From an uncultured Patescibacteria group bacterium (GTDB lineage: Bacteria > Patescibacteriota > Minisyncoccia > Phycocordibacterales > UBA918), in the NCBI GenBank assembly GCA_934699595.1, contig CAKUWT010000002.1:37065-101064 (forward strand): 64,000 nucleotides of DNA, in the 5' to 3' direction. Of the stretch, positions 45,403 through 54,122 are shown in pieces. A program made the position numbers and the translations under genes. Numbering within the stretch: position 1 is the stretch's first letter; every line of letters begins with the position of its first letter. The notes under the pieces are model-generated. The model was not told the origin of the DNA. It was given only the letters and a program-made list of their open reading frames with translations, and made no database searches.

Positions 45403-45981
45403 CTAACTTAAACGCTCCGCCACTATTTCCCAGTTGAGGTTCTTAAAGAAGGCTTCTACGTACTGCCCCTTTTCGCTAGAGCGGTAGTCGCGCAGGTAGG
45501 AATGCTCCCACATATCAAGACCAAGTACCATTTGCAAATCGGGGAGTTGTCCCAAGTGCTGCTCGTCTACCCAGGTCTGCACTAGTTGCTCGGTGTGGCG
45601 ATCATAATAAAGCATGGCCCAGCCAATCCCGCGGGTACCGACAATGGTTTTAAAGCTCGTTAGCCAGGTATCAAAGCTACCCCATTGTTTTTCTATCAGG
45701 TCTTTTAGTTTACCCTTTGGTAAAGCTTTGGCCCCGCCTTCAAATTGTTTGAAGTAGTATTCATGGTTCCGCATCCCGCCAAACTCAAAGCCGAGTCGGC
45801 GCTGGAGTTCACTAATCGCTAATGTATTCGCTTCGCGGTCGGTGCTGTAGGCGGTAATTTTTTCCTGAATCGCATTAACATTTTTCACATAGCCTTCATA
45901 AAGCCCGATGTGGTCATTAATAGTTTCGTTACTAATTCCGTCTAGGTCGGGGACAGTAAAGGTCATCGGTTCATATTTCAT
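45403..45981 (-). CDS. Fe/Mn superoxide dismutase-like protein
   Basis: 192 aa. Metal-ligand positions are conserved (H in NDHIG, H in MRNHEYYF, DMWEH). The canonical N-terminal HHxKHH motif is not conserved. Confidence 0.6.
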   Translation of the reverse strand: MKYEPMTFTVPDLDGISNETINDHIGLYEGYVKNVNAIQEKITAYSTDREANTLAISELQRRLGFEFGGMRNHEYYFKQFEGGAKALPKGKLKDLIEKQWGSFDTWLTSFKTIVGTRGIGWAMLYYDRHTEQLVQTWVDEQHLGQLPDLQMVLGLDMWEHSYLRDYRSSEKGQYVEAFFKNLNWEIVAERLS

Positions 45982-46013
45982 AGTTTGTAAAAATTATTTT
46001 CTAGCAAGTTTCG

Positions 46014-46943
46014 GTGACGATTGTCATCAGGTACTGTCGCAGCCGTCGCCTTCTCCTCTATAATAGAACTATGCAGGCGGTTCTGTCCAATGGGCGGGTA
46101 GTGATAGTGGGTTTTTTGTTGCTGCTAAATGTCAGTGCCGGTGGTTTGTGGTTGATTGGTGCTAAGGGAAGTGCTGCTGGTACTGGTTTTTTAGAAGTGT
46201 ACTTTCTAGACATTGGTCAGGGTGATGCCATTTTTATCATTACTCCAGAAGGTGGACAAATTTTGATAGATGGCGGACCCAACAACACTGTTCTTCGCCA
46301 GCTACGTACCGCTATGCCGTGGTGGGATCGAAGTATTGATGTGGTGGTGGGGACGCATTTTGACAAAGATCATGTTGGCGGTCTGGTAGATGTGCTCTCG
46401 CGGTACCGGGTGGGGGAAGCGTTGATCACCATCAACGAAAGCGGCAGCGTCGTTAAAAAAACTTTTAAGAATCGTTTGGTAGACAACGGTATTAAAACCA
46501 CCTACGTACAGGCTGGCGAGCGGTACCAACTAGGGGAGGCAGTAGACTTGCTGGTTTTTTCTCCGACCGCCGCCGCTCGAGTAGCGGATACTAATACCAG
46601 TTCCATTGTGCTGCAACTCCGCTACCAAGACACCAGCTTCTTGCTGACTGGCGATGCCCCCTCAGAAATTGAGGACTACTTAGTACGACGCTTTGGCGAT
46701 CAGCTGCAAAGCCAAGTGCTAAAACTTGGACATCATGGTTCACGCACCTCCAGCTCTGCACTTTTCTTGGCCGCAGTTGCTCCCGAGTACGCGATTGTGT
46801 CTGCCGGACGAAATAATTCCTACGGTCACCCGCATCCAGAAGTCTTGGAACGAGCTGTTGCAGCGGAGATAAAGATACTGAGTACCACTGAACAGGGCAC
46901 TATTCACTTGGTGAGTGACGGACAAACAGTGATGGTTAAGTAG
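46014..46943 (+). CDS. Metallo-beta-lactamase-fold protein, ComEC C-terminal-domain-like, with an N-terminal membrane anchor
   Basis: VYFLDIGQGDAIFIITPEGGQILIDGG and HFDKDHVGG plus LKLGHHGSRTSS match the ComEC-type MBL domain. The likely start is the internal Met at about 46071. Confidence 0.7.
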   Translation: MTIVIRYCRSRRLLLYNRTMQAVLSNGRVVIVGFLLLLNVSAGGLWLIGAKGSAAGTGFLEVYFLDIGQGDAIFIITPEGGQILIDGGPNNTVLRQLRTAMPWWDRSIDVVVGTHFDKDHVGGLVDVLSRYRVGEALITINESGSVVKKTFKNRLVDNGIKTTYVQAGERYQLGEAVDLLVFSPTAAARVADTNTSSIVLQLRYQDTSFLLTGDAPSEIEDYLVRRFGDQLQSQVLKLGHHGSRTSSSALFLAAVAPEYAIVSAGRNNSYGHPHPEVLERAVAAEIKILSTTEQGTIHLVSDGQTVMVK

Positions 46944-46994
46944 TTGTGAGGAGCTGTCTGAATATCTCTTGTCATTAAATAATTTCATGGCAAA

Positions 46995-47036
46995 TAAAAA
47001 ATAACCCGCCGGCTAGGCGCCGGCGGGTTATTTTTT
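46995..47036. terminator. Bidirectional rho-independent terminator
   Basis: AACCCGCCGGC-TAGGC-GCCGGCGGGTT with T-runs on both strands, between the MBL gene (+) and rpmB (-). Confidence 0.65.
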
Positions 47037-47050
47037 GATTGTGAGCTAGC

Positions 47051-47293
47051 TTAGATAAGCTTAGCGTCTTTCAGAGTGGCGTAGGCGCCATTCTTGGTTA
47101 GGGTACGCAAACCTTTGGTGGAAACTTTAACCACTACGGTCTTTTCTAGTTCAGGCACGTAGATACGCTTCTTCTGAATATTTGGAGAGCGCTTAATCTT
47201 ACCGCCCGGATTAAACTGGGTGGCACGAGTACGGTTGCTGTAGCGTCCGCCAACTTGTGGGCCTTTGCCGGTGATTTCACATTTATTCGCCAT
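47051..47293 (-). CDS. rpmB: 50S ribosomal protein L28
   Basis: 80 aa; MANKCEITGKGPQVGGRYSNRTRAT... fits the L28 pattern. Confidence 0.8.
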   Translation of the reverse strand: MANKCEITGKGPQVGGRYSNRTRATQFNPGGKIKRSPNIQKKRIYVPELEKTVVVKVSTKGLRTLTKNGAYATLKDAKLI

Positions 47294-47426
47294 AGTTTTC
47301 TTAATTTAAGTGTCGGTATCTTACCATGGACGGGAATTATTGCAATAGTCTATTTATATGTTAACCTGTTTGTTCGTATCGAGAGATAACTACATCTCTC
47401 GAACGGCATGCAATAGGAGAGTACGC

Positions 47427-47657
47427 ATGAAAAAACTTCTTTTTATGGCGGCTGCCGCCGCTCTCGTGACTACCTCAACCCAAGCAGAGGTGAAAAGTCC
47501 AACATCTGCCCTGTCTCAGATTCAGTCGCAGAACACCTCTCTGTCCTTGGGGGAAATGGGGGAGGTGAGAGGTGAGGCAATTCCCTGGCCTCTATATTAC
47601 GCTGTTTTGCATGCGCCGTCGCTGGCTGCACTTCTCAGTTCGGCCATCCGATTTTAA
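47427..47657 (+). CDS. Small hypothetical secreted protein
   Basis: MKKLLFMAAAAALVTTSTQA signal peptide. AGGAGAG SD lies 5 nt upstream of the ATG at 47427. Confidence 0.35.
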   Translation: MKKLLFMAAAAALVTTSTQAEVKSPTSALSQIQSQNTSLSLGEMGEVRGEAIPWPLYYAVLHAPSLAALLSSAIRF

Positions 47658-47688
47658 ATACTGTGTTTAGTATATTCTTTGTTAGAAT

Positions 47689-48288
47689 ATGTTTATAATA
47701 GATATCTGTAAAAAGTATTTGTCGATCAGTCTGGAGCCGCCCATTGGTGAAGCTGTTCTTGTGTTGGGGGTTATTTGTATTCTAACAGCAATCGGATTCA
47801 TTGACGGTATAACAGCCTTAAGTTGGTTTATTCCAGGATCTTTATTCATTTCTTTCATTTTGGGGATATTTCTCTTGAGTAGATTGTGGCAATATAAAGC
47901 AGCTAGTGCGTATTGGTATTTCTATACAATATTTATAATTCTCAACATCATCATCAGTATTGGTGTTATTGTAAAATTGTTCACCTTGAACTTCTTAACT
48001 TTACTGGGCCTGCTTCTTTTTATAACAAGTATTTTTTCAGCTTTGTTTGCGGTAATGATTTTATTAGGGAAGAGTTATTTTACAAAAAAGTTTTGGCGGA
48101 TATTCTTTTTTTTGGAAATAATCCTTATTCCACTAGTCCTGTTGTATAGTTATAAGGTTAAATTCCTTACCAGTGCTGACACCCTCATAACTACTAAGGG
48201 AATGATTGTTACTAGTATTGTGTATATTGTTTTGGTCTTGCCATATTTTTACAAACTCTATAAGTACAGTTTTGATAAAACTAAATAA
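47689..48288 (+). CDS. Hypothetical polytopic membrane protein encoded in a markedly AT-rich segment
   Basis: 199 aa, I/L/F-rich with several predicted TM helices. The local base composition is visibly lower in GC than the flanks. Confidence 0.5.
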   Translation: MFIIDICKKYLSISLEPPIGEAVLVLGVICILTAIGFIDGITALSWFIPGSLFISFILGIFLLSRLWQYKAASAYWYFYTIFIILNIIISIGVIVKLFTLNFLTLLGLLLFITSIFSALFAVMILLGKSYFTKKFWRIFFFLEIILIPLVLLYSYKVKFLTSADTLITTKGMIVTSIVYIVLVLPYFYKLYKYSFDKTK

Positions 48289-48293
48289 AAACA

Positions 48294-48322
48294 AACCCCA
48301 GCATGTCAAACATGCTGGGGTT
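48294..48322. terminator. Hairpin terminator
   Basis: AACCCCAGCATG-TCAAA-CATGCTGGGGTT immediately after the membrane-protein stop. Confidence 0.5.
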
Positions 48323-48544
48323 CTCCTTAAATATATCACCGTAAAAGAACTTGAGAACGAAGACGCTGCAGAGTTAGTGGAGATTATTAAAAAGTTTTTT
48401 GATGTTAATCGGACACTTTGTGTAATTAGTGGAGATGTAGATTGGGTGGCGCAGGAAAAGATTAAGGACAAATTCCGCGCCGTACAGACGAGAGAATAGC
48501 TCCCTCTTTCTCCTCACCTTTCTCTGTGTTAGCATTAGAGCCAT

Positions 48545-49183
48545 ATGGATGAAACACAAATTGTGGCAATTATTATTGCCTTGGTGATGTCGGTTGTTAT
48601 TCACGAAATGGCGCATGGCTATATGGCTAACTGGCTGGGTGACCCGACCGCGCGTTTAGCCGGCCGTCTCTCTGGCAACCCCTTGGTGCACTTGGATCCG
48701 TTGATGTCGGTAATTATTCCGGGGTTGCTGGTGCTGTCCGGCTCACCGATTCTTTTTGGCGCGGCCAAGCCAGTGCCGTACAACCCCTTTAATTTACGAA
48801 ACCAAAAGTGGGGTGAGGCTTTGGTGGCTGCCGCTGGCCCAGCTTCTAATATTGCCCTCGCTATCATCTTTGCTCTCCTAGTGCGCTTTGCTGATGTGCT
48901 GAGTCTAAATGAAGCTTTTACTAGCCTGGCGGTACAGATTGTGATGCTAAACATCTTCTTAGCTCTGTTTAACTTAGTGCCAATCCCACCTCTTGACGGC
49001 TCCAAAATTCTCCCACGATTACTACCTTATAATTTGCGGATGAGCTACGACCAGCTCCGTCGTCGTATGGAAGGTAACTTCTTCCTTTCTTTTGCTATCA
49101 TTATTATTCTGTTTGTGTATGTCTTTAGTGCCCCGATTGTACAGTTTACGCTGTGGGTGACGAGGCTGATGATTGGTGCGTAA
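48545..49183 (+). CDS. M50-family membrane metalloprotease (site-2 protease-like)
   Basis: 212 aa with HEMAH zinc motif and NLVPIPPLDG second motif, multi-TM. Confidence 0.8.
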   Translation: MDETQIVAIIIALVMSVVIHEMAHGYMANWLGDPTARLAGRLSGNPLVHLDPLMSVIIPGLLVLSGSPILFGAAKPVPYNPFNLRNQKWGEALVAAAGPASNIALAIIFALLVRFADVLSLNEAFTSLAVQIVMLNIFLALFNLVPIPPLDGSKILPRLLPYNLRMSYDQLRRRMEGNFFLSFAIIIILFVYVFSAPIVQFTLWVTRLMIGA

Positions 49184-49272
49184 AGTTACCGTGACTGGTT
49201 TGACTATTGATGTCTTCTAATTTATGCTCCCTATTGGAACAGATTTGTTCCGTGTAACAAGAGGAGGATGAA

Positions 49273-49476
49273 ATGGGTTGGGGTTCTTGGTTCAAGAACA
49301 GTGACGGGACGTCTTCGAGTACAAAGACACGGAGTTCGGGTGGTGTGAAAGAAACGCACCATCTTGTCACCGACAAAGGTGGTTCCAAACGGAACCACAG
49401 TCACGTCATTGTGAGGGAGAGCGGTGGGCGGAAGTCTGCACATTGCGTTCCTCACAAAGACAATCGCAAGAAGTGA
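49273..49476 (+). CDS. Small basic hydrophilic protein (Gly/Ser/Lys-rich, KGG motif)
   Basis: 67 aa. AGGAGG SD lies 5 nt upstream of the ATG. It is followed by a GGCAGC-CA-GCTGCC hairpin plus T-run at 49477-49509. Confidence 0.45.
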   Translation: MGWGSWFKNSDGTSSSTKTRSSGGVKETHHLVTDKGGSKRNHSHVIVRESGGRKSAHCVPHKDNRKK

Positions 49477-49518
49477 GATCAAGACCGGCAGCCAGCTGCC
49501 GATCTTTTTAATAACCTA

Positions 49519-49746
49519 TTAATAAATGAACTCCTCAGGATTAAAATTGTATCCCCGAGATTCCTCATCGTCACCCAAGTATACTGACATATCCAAGACA
49601 AAATCCCTCTCTTTCTTAGAAATATCTTTTAATTCAGACAGCTTGAAGAAAGCATCTGATAATTCTAAATCTGTAGCAAAATCCTTACTTTTAGCCTGGT
49701 TGTATAATTTGGTGATCTGCTTGGCCAAAGAAACCTTGTTTTCCAT
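49519..49746 (-). CDS. Small hypothetical protein
   Basis: 75-aa ORF in an AT-rich segment; no motif recognised. Confidence 0.25.
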   Translation of the reverse strand: MENKVSLAKQITKLYNQAKSKDFATDLELSDAFFKLSELKDISKKERDFVLDMSVYLGDDEESRGYNFNPEEFIY

Positions 49747-49824
49747 ATAAAGCTATATTATAACTTTTACTAAAATAAATAAAGGGCAAATAATCCGACA
49801 TTAACATTAGTATAATATTAAGAT

Positions 49825-50127
49825 ATGGAAAAAGCAGTTTCATTTAGAGTGAAGGAAGGGCAGAGCGAGCCTTGGCGACAGTGGTGTGAGGAGTTGAGTA
49901 CCAGCTTGCGTGCCGCCGCAGTGGAGACTTTGGTGGAGGAAAAAGTTCGGCAGGAACTGACGCTCAGGTTTGAGATAGCTGGCCAAGCATACGTGATTGG
50001 CTTTATGGAAGGTGAGTGCTTGCCTGCTAATCTGGAAAGAGCCATTAATCGGCGACATCTGGCGATGCGCGAGCAGTGCTTGGAGCGGATGGGTGAAGTG
50101 ACGGTGTTGGCGAATATTCGGAGTTAG
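49825..50127 (+). CDS. Hypothetical small protein
   Basis: 100 aa, followed directly by a strong GC hairpin at 50135-50167. Confidence 0.4.
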   Translation: MEKAVSFRVKEGQSEPWRQWCEELSTSLRAAAVETLVEEKVRQELTLRFEIAGQAYVIGFMEGECLPANLERAINRRHLAMREQCLERMGEVTVLANIRS

Positions 50128-50212
50128 GGTAGCGCAGCCGGGCGGAAGCTACGCTTCCGCCCGGCTGTCTTGCTTACTTTATCGAATCGTTTTGAAAGTT
50201 TTTATAAAAATG

Positions 50213-50250
50213 AAAAAGGCCGGTGCTTTGTAAAAACAAAGCACCGGCCT
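50213..50250 (-). terminator. Rho-independent terminator for the minus-strand gene 50276..50647
   Basis: AGGCCGGTGCTTTG-TAAAAA-CAAAGCACCGGCCT with a U-run on the minus strand. Confidence 0.6.
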
Positions 50251-50275
50251 CGCCAAACGGCAGTCCTGTTCAACC

Positions 50276-50647
50276 CTACGGCCGCAGTCCGGATGATTCG
50301 TACGTGACTTTCCATCCCTGGTCGAGCATGGCTGCTCTGAACTCCGCGTAACAGCGATATCCAACAATAAGCCCGCCATGGTTCTGGTTTACCACAAGTT
50401 GCAGCACCATATACAGCGATCCTTGCTGAAGACTCTCGCTGCCCCATAGGCTTTTCAAGCGATGTTCGTAGCTGGAGACCTCGGCAATGATGGTCCCCCG
50501 ATCCAAGCTGTCCACATGACGAGCTATCTCGACCGTAGTGCCGAGTGGTGAAGGGAAGGGTAGGTTAGAAGCCCTCTCGAATATGACGTATTCTTTCTTT
50601 TCCCCTGCGATAGTGACAGCCACCTCGTACTTTAGTAAGTTGTCCAT
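50276..50647 (-). CDS. Hypothetical protein
   Basis: 123-aa ORF with its own terminator; no family recognised. Confidence 0.4.
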   Translation of the reverse strand: MDNLLKYEVAVTIAGEKKEYVIFERASNLPFPSPLGTTVEIARHVDSLDRGTIIAEVSSYEHRLKSLWGSESLQQGSLYMVLQLVVNQNHGGLIVGYRCYAEFRAAMLDQGWKVTYESSGLRP

Positions 50648-50814
50648 CAGCCCGCTCCTTTACTGTGGCGAAACAAGTCTTTCAGCATAATGCCTTATCT
50701 ACCAATAAAGTCAAGAGCAAATCATCTTCTCAATTATGGAGTTGTCACACAGCAAACCCTCGCAAACCTTGCAAAAAAACCTAAATATAGTATTCTGACC
50801 TCGCTAGATATTTT

Positions 50815-51222
50815 ATGGCAACAATCAATCAATTAACCAAAAAGAAACGGGTTGACCCAGCTCGCAAACGCAAGACGGGTGCTTTGTACATGGGCTTTGA
50901 CTCAGTAGAGAACAAGCCTAACTACTACAATTCACCTTTCAAGCGTGGCGTCTGTACGCGTGTGACCACCAAGACTCCACGTAAGCCGAACTCAGCGATT
51001 CGTAAAATCGCTCGTGTCCGTCTTTCTAACGGCTTGGAAATTACCGCCTACATTCCTGGTATTAAGCACACTCTGCAAGAACACTCCGTAGTGTTGGTGC
51101 GAGGAGGACGTGTGAAGGATATTGGTGTGAACTACACCATTGTCCGCGGAAAATACGATGCGACTGGTGTTAGCGAGCGCCGACGAGGACGCTCAAGATA
51201 TGGTGCAAAGAAACCTAAATAA
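50815..51222 (+). CDS. rpsL: 30S ribosomal protein S12
   Basis: 135 aa with [52 protein letters not shown]. Confidence 0.95.
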   Translation: MATINQLTKKKRVDPARKRKTGALYMGFDSVENKPNYYNSPFKRGVCTRVTTKTPRKPNSAIRKIARVRLSNGLEITAYIPGIKHTLQEHSVVLVRGGRVKDIGVNYTIVRGKYDATGVSERRRGRSRYGAKKPK

Positions 51223-51421
51223 ACTTTAATCATAAAAAGTTTAGGGATCCGTACACCAAAATAGTTTATATTCGCTACAGATAAACGACTGCGATACAGA
51301 GGTAGGACCTTTGGTATCAAGAATATGCGAAGAATGAAAAAGTCAGCTTTTAAAATAATAAGTTTGCCTCTCTCATTCTTAATTACTTACTAAATTAAGA
51401 ACTTAAGTTTACTAAAACTAT

Positions 51422-51895
51422 ATGCGACGACCAGTAAAAAAGAAGCCAGTCGTAAAGCCAGACGTTAAGTATGGCTCTATCGATGTGGAGCGCTTGATCA
51501 ATTACATCATGCTCCATGGTCAGAAGGAAACCGCCCGCAAAATCGTTTATGGTGCTTTCGCTGAAATCGAAAGTCGTAAAGATGGCGGCGGTGATCCGGT
51601 GGAAATGTTTAATACTGCGCTGCGGAACGCCGGTCCGTTGATGGAGGTGCGCTCTCGTCGAGTGGGTGGAGCCAACTACCAAGTGCCGCGAGAAGTGCGG
51701 CCAGAGCGTCGGGTATCTCTCGCTTTGCGTTGGATTATCAACGCGGCCCGCGGACAAAAAGGTGTCCCGATGTACAAAGCCTTGGCAAGTGAAATCCTGC
51801 TGGCTGCTAAAGAAGAGGGAACTGCTGTGAAGCGACGCGATGATATGCACAAGATGGCAGAAGCCAACCGAGCCTTTGCTCACTTTGCTTGGTAG
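51422..51895 (+). CDS. rpsG: 30S ribosomal protein S7
   Basis: 157 aa with an S7-typical sequence. Confidence 0.95.
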   Translation: MRRPVKKKPVVKPDVKYGSIDVERLINYIMLHGQKETARKIVYGAFAEIESRKDGGGDPVEMFNTALRNAGPLMEVRSRRVGGANYQVPREVRPERRVSLALRWIINAARGQKGVPMYKALASEILLAAKEEGTAVKRRDDMHKMAEANRAFAHFAW

Positions 51896-52010
51896 TAATC
51901 CTGTCAACTGCTTTAAAGTCAAAGCCCCGTTCTCATGAACGGGGCTTTGACTTTATCCCTATCATAATTACCAAAAATGGTGTAGGGTAAGCTTTCATTC
52001 AACCTATGAT

Positions 52011-53492
52011 ATGTCACGACCAGAAGGCGTAATTGTTTTTAAAGAAGTGGGTTTTGAGTACGACTCTACCCGACCGATTCTCCGCGAGGCGAGTTTTGTG
52101 GTGCGCCGTGGCGCCAAACTGACGCTAATGGGACAAAACGGGGCTGGAAAGAGTACTATTTTCTCCCTCATTACCGGAAAATTAGCCACTGATGAGGGTA
52201 GTATTAACTTGCCGCCTCGTACCACCATTGCCATTGCGCGCCAGATTATTCCTCGGGAAGAATTGCTGCTGACGGTGCGTGATTTTTTCCTGGAGAGTTT
52301 TAGCGAAAAGGTTTATGATATAGACCCACGGATTGATGCAGTCTTGGAAATCGTCAACCTGACTCCAACTGAGAAGCAACGTAGTACTTTTAAGGATAGG
52401 ATTGTTGGCACTTTTTCTGGCGGACAACAGGCCCGGCTGTTGTTGGCGCAGGCTTTAATTCAGAACCCAGATATTTTATTACTTGATGAACCGACTAATA
52501 ACTTAGATCGGAGCGGTATTGAGCAACTGACTACTTTTTTGAAAGAGTACCGCAAGACGGTGCTGGTTATTTCTCACGACGCTGACTTTTTAAACGCTTT
52601 TACCGAAGGAATTCTTTATTTAAATACCCAAACCAGAACGGTGGAGCAGTACGTGGGTAATTATCACGCCGCTCTGAAACTAATCGCCGCCCAAGTCGAG
52701 CGTGAGCAAAGACAGAATACTTTACTGGAAAAAGAAATTAGAGACAAGAAAGACAAGGTCAACTACTTCGCCAATAAGGGCGGTAAGATGCGCCTATTAG
52801 CCAAACGGATGCGGGAGGATATTGCCGAGGCAGAGGAAGATAAGGTGGAGGTGCGTCGCGAGGACCGCACTATTCGTGACTTCACCATCCCGAAACAGGA
52901 TAACTTACCCACCACGGTGCTAACTTTAGATAATTACCAGGTGATTAAAAACCACGAACCAAAAGTAGTAACTTGCGACCTGGTGCTGAAAAAAGGGGAG
53001 CATCTGCAGATTATTGGCCCCAACGGGATTGGTAAGACCACTTTGTTGGAGCGCTTAGCTAATGATGAGACTAATGAGTACGTGGCCGCTGGCGTTAAAG
53101 TCGGTTATTATCGCCAGGATTTTTCTAACTTAAATTTTGAGAAAACTGTCCTACAAATTCTCGAAGAGGCCTTGAGTAGTCGCAATGAAGAGGCTGTTAG
53201 GTCGCGAGCGTCCGGATTTTTGCTGACCGCGGAAATTATGAAGACCAAAGTTGGCCATTTATCAGAAGGACAGAAGGGTTTGGTGGCGTTTGCTAAGCTG
53301 GTTTTGGAAGCTCCTGGCTTGCTGATTCTGGACGAGCCCACCAACCATATCAATTATCGGCACTTGCCAGTGATTGCCAAAGCTTTGGATCAGTACGAAG
53401 GGGCGCTGATTTTGGTCTCGCACGTGCCGGAGTTTGTGGCCAAAGTACGGATTGATACGGTTCTGGATTTAGGAAAGAAAATCCGTAAGTAA
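52011..53492 (+). CDS. ABC-F family ATPase (tandem ABC domains, no TM domain)
   Basis: 493 aa with two Walker A motifs (GQNGAGKST; GPNGIGKTT), two LSGGQ/LSEGQ signatures and a charged inter-domain linker. Confidence 0.8.
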   Translation: MSRPEGVIVFKEVGFEYDSTRPILREASFVVRRGAKLTLMGQNGAGKSTIFSLITGKLATDEGSINLPPRTTIAIARQIIPREELLLTVRDFFLESFSEKVYDIDPRIDAVLEIVNLTPTEKQRSTFKDRIVGTFSGGQQARLLLAQALIQNPDILLLDEPTNNLDRSGIEQLTTFLKEYRKTVLVISHDADFLNAFTEGILYLNTQTRTVEQYVGNYHAALKLIAAQVEREQRQNTLLEKEIRDKKDKVNYFANKGGKMRLLAKRMREDIAEAEEDKVEVRREDRTIRDFTIPKQDNLPTTVLTLDNYQVIKNHEPKVVTCDLVLKKGEHLQIIGPNGIGKTTLLERLANDETNEYVAAGVKVGYYRQDFSNLNFEKTVLQILEEALSSRNEEAVRSRASGFLLTAEIMKTKVGHLSEGQKGLVAFAKLVLEAPGLLILDEPTNHINYRHLPVIAKALDQYEGALILVSHVPEFVAKVRIDTVLDLGKKIRK

Positions 53493-53551
53493 TGACTATT
53501 TAGTGTTTCTGATAAATTAGGTACTTGCCCGGCAGAATTGGGAGTAGGTTA

Positions 53552-53580
53552 TTGACATCCGTACTTAAATATGCTATATT
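53552..53580 (+). promoter_or_regulatory. Canonical sigma-70-type promoter for the GC-rich minigene
   Basis: TTGACA (53552-57), 17-nt spacer, TATATT (53575-80). A GGGAGG SD at 53607-12 lies 7 nt before the ATG. Confidence 0.55.
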
Positions 53581-53619
53581 AGAAGGAGTAAAGGATTGTT
53601 ATTTCTGGGAGGAATATCG

Positions 53620-53946
53620 ATGTGTAAGATCGAGCGGCGTGAAATTGCGCTGGAGACCAGCACGGTCTTCGTCTCCGACAGGCATGACTGCCCGTACTCG
53701 GAGCGGTATTGTACCGCTCTCCCCGAGTACGGGGAAAGTGATCAGGTCTCTGACCTGATCGCCGCCGCTTTCGACCGCCGGGCCGAGCGGGAACGCTTGG
53801 CCGCTCTGAAGAGGTGCCGCGGTCGCGGCCGCTCCGGGTGGAGGCCGCTGCGCATCCACGATTACCGTAGCGGACAGCCGACCATTTCGGTTGAGGCCGA
53901 GGCTGATGCTGAAGAGTTCGCCAGCTATGCTGACTTCGACGTGTAG
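53620..53946 (+). CDS. Small hypothetical protein encoded by a visibly GC-rich, compositionally foreign segment
   Basis: 108 aa (MCKIERREIALETST...). It has a strong promoter, an SD and a downstream terminator. GC content by eye is well above that of the flanks. Confidence 0.5.
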   Translation: MCKIERREIALETSTVFVSDRHDCPYSERYCTALPEYGESDQVSDLIAAAFDRRAERERLAALKRCRGRGRSGWRPLRIHDYRSGQPTISVEAEADAEEFASYADFDV

Positions 53947-54049
53947 GATCTTTTGCTTGACGAAGCTGGGTGGCTGGCGGAGATGATTCTCCCCCAGAGA
54001 CCCGGCGCCAGTCTTGATCTGAGGTAACACCTCCGATCGTTCAAATTAA

Positions 54050-54077
54050 GGCCGCCAGCTCGCTGGCGGCTTTTTTC
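54050..54077 (+). terminator. Rho-independent terminator of the GC-rich minigene
   Basis: GCCGCCAGC-TCG-CTGGCGGC followed by TTTTTT. Confidence 0.65.
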
Positions 54078-54122
54078 TGTGTCAGGTAGTTTCTAGAGAT
54101 ATTTTTGCTATAATGCACCTAT

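Noticed and set aside
48330-48499. C-terminal half of the track ORF 48206..48499 as a gene
   Set aside because: The only start is inside the upstream membrane-protein gene and terminator. The part after the terminator has no start codon, so it is probably a remnant.
53599-54030. 143-aa minus-strand ORF in the GC-rich cassette
   Set aside because: The plus-strand ORF has a textbook promoter, SD and terminator. The minus ORF lacks these and is typical high-GC shadow; however I cannot fully exclude it.
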